DNA of 64,000 nt from IMG/VR virus record IMGVR_UViG_3300027770_000026, positions 124,001 to 188,000 of that record. One strand, given 5' to 3'. This document shows positions 59,301-64,000 of the stretch, piece after piece. The notes below the pieces were generated by a model. The model did not search any database. It worked only from the letters and a program-made list of their open reading frames with translations, and was not told where the DNA came from. How positions within the stretch are numbered: the stretch's first letter is position 1; every line of letters starts with the position of its first letter. Position numbers and translations under genes: made by a program.

Positions 59301-62300
59301 CCGTAATAAACCTTAGCAGGATTTGTACTGAATGTTTTCCAATATGTTGCAACAATACCACCTTGTACAGGCAATGTTTGTAGTGCTGCAAAGTTTTCAA
59401 AGTCAAACGCACTGCTGCTTGTGTGATCTGTTGTTACTCTGAAGAATAGTCCGTTATACTTGACTACTTGTCCTTTAATGTAATAGTAACCGTCTCTCCA
59501 ATCTAGATAAGACGACGACTGCTCGCCTACACGCAATGAGTCTTTTTGACCTTCGTCATGTAAGCTTGGTAATATACTGAAGTATGCTTTCTCTGTGTCG
59601 TATCCTTCTACTCTCCAGCCGGTATCAGTACGGGTAATAATTACGCCACTATAGGTTAATGTATCAATTGGACTGCTTTGATCTAGTAGCAATTGATAGT
59701 TGCTATCCGGTAGCAAGCTTAATGAGTTCTTACTGCCAGGTGCAACTGCGTTAATGTATACCTGCAACTTATCCTTGTCAGTAAAGCCAGTCATTCTAAA
59801 CATCAGTCGAGGGCATATACCCGATACAAAATTGTTAAACTCGCTTAGGTCAATATTAAGTGACTTGGCTCTTGCTTGTATCCAAACAAAATATCCAGTA
59901 GTGTAAGTATTAGTAACACTTGCTTCGACATCAGATTGACGTACTACTTTACCTACTGAGGTAATAGTTGTGTCGTATATCTTTTGCAGAGTATTAGTTA
60001 CTGCATCAAATGCAGTATCAAGTAAATCAAATCCTGATCCAAAGTATAGACGAGAATTGGTCAATGCCTGATACAGTTGCACAGCAAATGGATATTCGCT
60101 GCTTCTAATCCAAGCTTGTTCTACCGGACTGCAGTCACCAAACTGCCAATCACGATTTAACAATCTTTGATCTGTAATCTTAACTAGCTGTGATGCATCA
60201 GGTGACAATAGTACGCCGTGATCGTCTACTGGGATGATATCCTGTAGTCTGTGTTCGGCATTGTATCGCACATAACGTGTGTCAACACCTGCACGATAAC
60301 CCTGACGAATTAGACCCTGTTCTAGGTCTTCCCACAGTTTTGTATTTTGCTTGGTGTATGGAGCAGTGCCGTATTCACTTGCCCACCATGTTGGCTCTTC
60401 GTGGAAGCCTAGCATTTCCCATGGTGTAACGTTTGGATATGGTGTGTCAAAATAGTGACGATATACTCCAAACCAGCTGCCAATTAGAATCTTATTACCA
60501 AACACATCTTCCTGACCGCGATAATTCCATTGCCACGGGTCACTAGTAACAGGATGACTGCTGTAGTTTAGCTTGGACTTAAGGATCCATTGTCCAAAGA
60601 ATCTGTCAAATACATCGATGTAATTCTGAAAGTCTCTTTCGCTAGAACGATAGTAGCCCGGCAGTAATGCAAATTTATCTAGTACCTGCTTGTAAGAATC
60701 ACTGCCTTGTTTCTTGATGTTGTTATAGATTCTGTTCTCTAGTTCAAGTAGCAGTTCGTCGCGCTGATCGCCAAATGCTGGCGTCAGGCTTCCGTCGTGT
60801 CCTCTAATAACAGTTACTAGTCCCGATGGCTGCTGTATAGTTGTTAGTGCTGGCACATATGCTGGTGCAATGCCCAGCTTTGCAGGAGTAGCAGCAACCC
60901 AGTTCTCTGTAGTAGTATCGTACTGACGAACAACAATCACATCATTCTGTGTTAGCGGATAATTGGTTGAGATTGTAAGCGACGACAAAGGAGTATCAAA
61001 GTCGTAGTCTTGGTAACGTGCGAGTAGTATGCCGTTGTGATAAACTAGTACAGCCTTTCTATTTGACTCTTCATCTACGTATGCCGTAGTTAGAGGATAG
61101 GTCTTGTCTTCCTGATAGCGAACCTTATAGCTATTTTCCACAAAGTTTGTATATCCCGGAACCATGTCACTGTCATAGAATGGGAAGTCTGCTGTTTTAC
61201 CCAGTACGTATTCCGATAGAATACTGTCCAGCATTGTTGGCACTGGATTTTCTTCGTCAAATACAACTGTATTATACTTCTGTATTACAGAATTTTTAAA
61301 TTTAGTAAATTCGTTACGTGCATATTCTAAGCTTTGAACAAAGCCCAGTGTTCTATTCTTTAGCAAGGCCATTGCTAATAAGATGTTACCGTTGTGATAA
61401 CCAAACTTAGTGCAATAGGAATCTAGTGTTGGTTGTATGAATAGATTGTTGTTGCCAACTGAACGACCATCTAACGTTGTTAGTAACTGTGCGCCGCTAG
61501 TTAAATGAGATGCTAGTTCACCAAACGTCATTACAGAAATTTGTTGATTGGAAGGATTTGTTGTTAGACTTAAAGGAAGCCTCAACACCAAGTCTGTTTC
61601 TGTAATGTCGTCATTAGTCCAATGTGTGATCATTAACTTGTCGTTGACTTTTAATGTATTTCTGAATACTAGTAAACTGTTTGCTTTAACTTGCTTTACT
61701 TTTCCGTCAACTGCTGTTGCATAGTCAATTACTCTATCAACCAGATCGTAGTCTTGACCCTGATACAGCAATTGATCGTTGAGCTCAACTATAACTGTTT
61801 GTTGTACATCACTCTCAATGACGGAGATTTTTAATTCAACTTCGTTAGTTTCTACGTCCACGTAACGTAGATCAATTACAGGAGGTTTGCCAATGATTGG
61901 ACTATCAAGCACAACAGAACGAAGCGAATCATCGTTTACGTTAAGTGTGTAGAAACTTTCGCAAGCTAGTTCTGTAGTAGTTTCTGACAGAGTAAATTGG
62001 AATATGTCCTGGCTATGATTCCATTCAAACTGAATGTCGCCAGTTAAGCCAACAGACTTATAACTCAGAGGGAAGCCAATTTCGCTATCGTTAGTACCTG
62101 TTCCTCGTTTGAACGAGAACAACTTGCTACCAATGAATGTGCTACCTACATATGTTGCTCGATCGCCAATGCTTGTTTTGTTAGAATCAAACAAATCAAA
62201 CAGTGGTTCTTGATTGATTGCTGTTTTATTCTGCGACTGAACCCACTCATTGTTTAGATAATAAAAATTCTTACCTGCATTACTATTGCCGTCAGTAACT

Positions 62301-64000
62301 ACGATACCATCATAATCGCTAACACTTGCAACTTCTGTTAACACAATATTAGGCTGATAGTCGTATGCTGTTAATTCAATATCGTCTAGTGATAATAGTG
62401 TTGTTACTAGCGTAATTTCAATACGTTCTTCTGTACCAATGGTTACACCAGCAGTAGCTGTTACACCAGCACCCGGTGCTGCAATTACTACAGTCACTGC
62501 GGTTGTAGAAGTAGTTGGGTTGGTAATAGTAATAAAATCTACTGCATCTCCAACTAATGTTGCAACTGCAGAACCACCAACAGGTAAACTAGTAACAGTA
62601 TCTATTAGACTTACAGTAGGAGCTGTAGCATACCCACTTCCTCCGTTAGTTACTGTAATTTCTGTAATTGCAGGAATGTTATATACTACATCTGTTGAGT
62701 ACAGATTAGAAGGTATAATATCATCACCATTTTTAAGTTCAATTGTTTTATTTCTAAAATCACCTTGAATGTTGAATACATCACCGGTGTTGGTAGCTAG
62801 CCATTCGTATGGCGCTGTGCCAATTGCACCCGGATTGTATATAGACTTACGTCCTTCGTCTAGACTGGCAATTGTTACTTCGTAAATCTTGTTTCGTACC
62901 TGCAAATCTGTATCAGCAGAGAACACAACTTTCATGCCGTTCTCTAGGCCAACACCATCCGCAGAATATCCAGATGCTGCCATCACGTTGCTTAGAGCAT
63001 CAATTTCTACTTGATCAAATGCATCTACTACTGCAACGTTACGACGTGCATGATTATACAATGCGATATCGTTGTCAAATTCCACAACAGGACGTTTGGC
63101 TTTTTCTGCTTGATCGATTACAAAATCTTGCTCCAGTACTTTAGCAGTATGCTCTAGTACGCGATAATGGAACCAACGATTACTGCGACTCCACGCATTC
63201 CCGTCTAGACTAGAACGTGCAATAGTAATGTAATGCTTGTTTAGAAAGCCGTAGTTGATATCTTGTTCTAGTCCGTTTGGTACTAATAAATCAACGTCAA
63301 GCAAACGAATACTGCTACCAACACCTTCTACGTAATATGTTTTGTTACGATAAGAAGCAGGTAGTACTGTTGCATCAAATGTTACTTTGAGTCCATTCAT
63401 GAACGTAACATCGCCAATTGCAAATCTCTGCTGTCCAATTACGTCTCGTTCAATATCGATAGACGGGACGCCAGTGAATGCCGATGCTGTAGTTGGTACT
63501 TGAATTGTACTAGACTGTTGGATTGGGCTACCTGTCCAACTTGGACCAACTACATATGGGAATACCGGATCGTTAGCGTTGTCAACTGTTAAGAAGTATG
63601 CATACGTTCCGTTAGGGAAATCTGGTGTTACGCAAAAACGTCCATTGTTAACGTCAAGTGTTCCTAGATTTGCAATGTATTCGTAGTCTTCAACATATCT
63701 ACCGTCTGGTGTGCCGCGAACAGCAGTTGCACCTTTGATGCGATAGCTGCTGGTCATGTTAATGATTGAGCCGCTGCCGTCTGCGTTAGTATAACCACGT
63801 GGTCCGTAGATTGGGAAGCCGTCAAACGCATACCCTAGTATCTTACTATGTCCGCTAACTGAATCGCCTAGTTCTGAACTGTATGCGTGATAGTGGAACA
63901 CACCGTTAATGTCTGGATGTCCTGCAAATTCTGTAGGACTGACGTGCTGCACATCCTCGCTGCGATTAAATTCATTTGCTAAATTGCTGCTAGTACTATC
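50390..64000 (-). CDS. giant baseplate wedge/structural protein, >4536 aa (5' end outside window), including a YHYH domain
   Basis: Frame open to 64000. YHYH-domain motifs (FHYH, GYAFDGFPIYG, LD.NNGR, YAYF.T), FG-GAP-like repeats, W...Y..G..V modules, YITEVKPYHTKIRE motif and G(N/D)G.T..F repeats. Confidence 0.85.
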   Translation of the reverse strand, partial: DSTSSNLANEFNRSEDVQHVSPTEFAGHPDINGVFHYHAYSSELGDSVSGHSKILGYAFDGFPIYGPRGYTNADGSGSIINMTSSYRIKGATAVRGTPDGRYVEDYEYIANLGTLDVNNGRFCVTPDFPNGTYAYFLTVDNANDPVFPYVVGPSWTGSPIQQSSTIQVPTTASAFTGVPSIDIERDVIGQQRFAIGDVTFMNGLKVTFDATVLPASYRNKTYYVEGVGSSIRLLDVDLLVPNGLEQDINYGFLNKHYITIARSSLDGNAWSRSNRWFHYRVLEHTAKVLEQDFVIDQAEKAKRPVVEFDNDIALYNHARRNVAVVDAFDQVEIDALSNVMAASGYSADGVGLENGMKVVFSADTDLQVRNKIYEVTIASLDEGRKSIYNPGAIGTAPYEWLATNTGDVFNIQGDFRNKTIELKNGDDIIPSNLYSTDVVYNIPAITEITVTNGGSGYATAPTVSLIDTVTSLPVGGSAVATLVGDAVDFITITNPTTSTTAVTVVIAAPGAGVTATAGVTIGTEERIEITLVTTLLSLDDIELTAYDYQPNIVLTEVASVSDYDGIVVTDGNSNAGKNFYYLNNEWVQSQNKTAINQEPLFDLFDSNKTSIGDRATYVGSTFIGSKLFSFKRGTGTNDSEIGFPLSYKSVGLTGDIQFEWNHSQDIFQFTLSETTTELACESFYTLNVNDDSLRSVVLDSPIIGKPPVIDLRYVDVETNEVELKISVIESDVQQTVIVELNDQLLYQGQDYDLVDRVIDYATAVDGKVKQVKANSLLVFRNTLKVNDKLMITHWTNDDITETDLVLRLPLSLTTNPSNQQISVMTFGELASHLTSGAQLLTTLDGRSVGNNNLFIQPTLDSYCTKFGYHNGNILLAMALLKNRTLGFVQSLEYARNEFTKFKNSVIQKYNTVVFDEENPVPTMLDSILSEYVLGKTADFPFYDSDMVPGYTNFVENSYKVRYQEDKTYPLTTAYVDEESNRKAVLVYHNGILLARYQDYDFDTPLSSLTISTNYPLTQNDVIVVRQYDTTTENWVAATPAKLGIAPAYVPALTTIQQPSGLVTVIRGHDGSLTPAFGDQRDELLLELENRIYNNIKKQGSDSYKQVLDKFALLPGYYRSSERDFQNYIDVFDRFFGQWILKSKLNYSSHPVTSDPWQWNYRGQEDVFGNKILIGSWFGVYRHYFDTPYPNVTPWEMLGFHEEPTWWASEYGTAPYTKQNTKLWEDLEQGLIRQGYRAGVDTRYVRYNAEHRLQDIIPVDDHGVLLSPDASQLVKITDQRLLNRDWQFGDCSPVEQAWIRSSEYPFAVQLYQALTNSRLYFGSGFDLLDTAFDAVTNTLQKIYDTTITSVGKVVRQSDVEASVTNTYTTGYFVWIQARAKSLNIDLSEFNNFVSGICPRLMFRMTGFTDKDKLQVYINAVAPGSKNSLSLLPDSNYQLLLDQSSPIDTLTYSGVIITRTDTGWRVEGYDTEKAYFSILPSLHDEGQKDSLRVGEQSSSYLDWRDGYYYIKGQVVKYNGLFFRVTTDHTSSSAFDFENFAALQTLPVQGGIVATYWKTFSTNPAKVYYGTVFSTAQEVFDFIIAYGRYLENQGFVFDQFDNDLGSIRNWILSGREFLFWSLQNWNNGSSLTLSPASQFVQMYVPQGDLDPLYGVYSDPNGVLDQNGTPLRANSIAVDRNFDLITVSSVTADRSIYLLKAVISEFDHLVVFDDKTDFSDIVFDSTTGARQERLKIKGSKSNSWNGKLFAPGFTLDQANINDWQSYTDYRNGDLVKISTTVYITTTVHNSGDIFDYSKWKKLAKQPKKFLQPNLESMAARLEQFYDLSVDQITSDVSSYARHLIGFQPRDYLQSLLVDDESQFKFYQGMITQKGTEQAVTKLLRGINPNSELSVDIKDEWAFRIGEFGLADNTDEVELLLDSNDLEFSKIALDLDNATSYERNVVGIPADKILDQGERVSGSIFPLTTAKFKQKYAGYARIDQVDATVLSHDQLSNINASLMNKNGTIIWVAQTALTDSAIYKTKRFGPFNITILANDVVSLDSKLDLAENEDIWLVTLDDLTYSEVSAPGQLQPVPGINGYQVVQTVESTTSFTIVNGTGLNEGDTFSAFIVKLLPVQYNNFNSVEFNVITAATNTNPVVLTFANDHSYIGGERLIIDRIAGMAELNGKVYYAKYVSTNKISLYDDQALTIPVNSQAYNTYTAAGVAYSSHIDSAVRVYESEVGDRLWIDAYDGGWAVLKKQDPWLVGPQPAGLTAPTSNYSVTGSRVHAWTYRSIIWTAARAEATAAGGQTDQAVLIFERSEAGGDLAYVDRLRGSTSDVSAACEFGYSISHLDSETLIIGCPANSIIGTEYGSVQVWNRGPTGDWTLGYTIDAPVGITSAKFGTTLARVSDTLMLIGSPGEATIYKLKYGNFTLPVKNITVNSYPDPIDMTFGIAACTTSVSSAYVTTASSVAGVQIGTQVSGTGVQSNTVIINIEEDYTPGVNRITLSKTATAAGTIALNLYHGLSDKQAITITGVTGVVQSNSNAINGGTFYVEKIDNFAVSLYIDEDLTTPVVGLGTHTAYTGSAAATDTYSIQLAPVTQTATGTGIVMAADSNKVAILDTAGNGHIYVYTIDENGILTQDINAIVTGTTSIPIKSQHPIDITTVGENVRVAVGSRFTTYDTFGTIIDTGDTTFDTLVSDGIVRIYDFSATSGTASLTQVLTGPNTNGLNLFGKTVKFTTSGKLLVGNPTAPYVWKLILDSSTTTFDANDTTFTDVIIGYGAVESFGLHSRYGAAPGSSLYSTQYVWEGSVFNPISAVDDSTTGFGSALSEVNDTVIIASPWSVRGKIYEYDNTQDGWAAETQQEQVVDTKLINRALSYDPVQDQVIEFLSLWDPLKDLHDSEAMINVDYTLSIDPSIYQENSPGNTFWAEEKVGTTWWDNSTAVWLWYEQGDLSYKIKNWGQLFPGSTITVCEWIESTTVPSAYNVNGMTPSMGTPPLGGLQPYNTKVTTDSNGATVFRYYFWVAGKQSISQSSKKTLSVASIATALTNGPYQWVAAAGSAGVVTQNLRDNLVDGEQILQIEVLRVEQNSPRHVEWTLLSEGDNVAPPTSLVNKMVDSLTGRDLAGNNVPDVELAAHKRLGVKIRPRQTMFNDRVGAIEVCAEYLNEYLASIIVEDVDLGTMNQSDPQPLIMEVQDLTIDTGDTTFDDGSTTLTTEYQNWDESVPTYADIIVSDLLAKPAGYLLLVESDETRKNLWTIYMWDGTNLMLSRVQKYDTTRYWSRLDYYSTDYPEGSIAAVTLATEQEFQDSNYVDTNVKVLGPGYWRVLRKDSTGDTTIMALENGTIKLDITAADFNTSMSFDTSSFDSAVFDSEPTIELRNILTAMRDNVFVNEYKYLWNSWFFRMVRHALVEQRQLDWAFKSSFIKVKHFVAELAERPVYALDIDDSLEKYITEVKPYHTKIREYTSVYSGKDVFGSLTTDFDCPPHLVDNHYETSVVDDPEQASRFENEWPWRSYRDNRGYSVVAIVVADGGTGYDIAPTIKLTGGKTVLEGNVRLASAYAVNLGFAQSFETLGADNYFSARKLWLDQQAIKDSSIDTTDLPGDVLANVAGGPGVVNLDAIRQIIVVDEGEGYLTPPTVEIVSLPGHGSGARAYAVLGKTPVRMFKTGMRFDRVKGTADILYPETRDPAQDNPGFDDWHAADRIAAFYDPQPGQAGIPERIIQTHIGDGVTTTFDLPQDFMYEELMQVALGDILVEPSDYTVYPSEMTINFATAPSNNTTISLILNPPLLPLLLGADYDQTKIVSPKFSTGPGFASQARGFDSVDFDNWELDPYGNLVELGGYDTYQSGGRFASSSGYDPSAEVSNSGGSFIGPDTTPSTEELVSGQVFDALDVKVFTAESQNQNISIQTISGNGTTTYFALNPVPSSVDNITVFVNGLVQDPGVAYIIDYSNILGQINAELQFNTAPAANSIITAVVTNDNGPSVEQVQNFVGNGSSEVFRVTGVGLDNPLRQCIVVVDGIKTAHTFASDSAPYENDVLVTISPAPAIGAVIRIVSYLTVAGVPVDLKNYTESFVESIFINGSLNYTITNPSGAPAPLSTSTIAYAVAEGAEAGLRLTPPATAYALGTGATAQFNIPVCPNFNIAGLVAGDIQATVNGQIVSISSYSSGVVTLTATPALNDVVTITVLPSGDYYVQGSTLTLTSMVDDGSTNTKILVTTYNDTALTGIRTEVFGIDNTLHIQYQGYGIYGIGLSPTQQQLANFYSRGQIVLSDDIIAVNRVQVYKNGVYIAPVVGWYLQAESNRIVNIAGGIDDNDVIVVHYFAGTSTTSSTIGFRVFKDMMGSLSAYRLPLENSTTVSQAVTTASDRIYLTNASALVAPSPLINRPGVVMIGKERIEYWEKGSDYISRLRRATKGTGAGNHRVGTLAVDMSYRNQLPASEYMNSETYSANGATVSFALPLLLTTSEHDTDSVLVYVAGKKMTSGYTVDQSAGSYYQVTFNEAPKSGLRVVLAIKQAYNWYDVTDPTSSMADTDTQWAIFIREKTTVFDIS

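Noticed and set aside
1-64000. Alternative genetic code, introns/inteins, tRNAs
   Set aside because: Core genes (terL, uvsX, sheath) are intact and uninterrupted under the standard code, and TAA, TAG and TGA all end genes. No cloverleaf was seen in the short intergenic gaps.

Overview
This window is a 64-kb segment of a large T4-related myovirus, probably a jumbo phage, with most genes on the minus strand. The host is probably Gram-negative (lipobox protein in the lysis cassette, IHF-consensus sites). From left to right: early genes (AAA ATPase running off the left edge, OB-fold protein); a recombination operon (gp32 SSB, UvsX, UvsY, glycosyltransferase); a late operon (Dps, a modular 733-aa protein, two nucleotidyltransferase genes with capsid-targeting-like N-termini); a plus-strand lysis cassette (GH19+M15 endolysin); a QueC-like gene; modular fibre genes; terminase; head completion, tube, sheath, neck and tail-terminator genes; dNMP kinase; Nudix; three paralogous tail fibres with two adhesin-like paralogues; and a >4500-aa baseplate protein running off the right edge. 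Strongest unexplained signals: (1) a candidate programmed -1 frameshift (A_AAA_AAG, stop, 8-nt spacer, two-tier stem-loop) fusing a 490-aa head-type protein to a 193-aa extension; (2) a family of MKxxE-headed, LxE-punctuated late proteins that look like protease-processed capsid cargo, including three different nucleotidyltransferase folds; (3) TAAATA late promoters, five of them only 5-6 nt before the ATG (leaderless late mRNAs); (4) IHF-consensus sites next to sigma70 early promoters. No tRNA, rRNA, CRISPR array or mobile element was seen. All family calls come from motif recognition by eye, not database searches.
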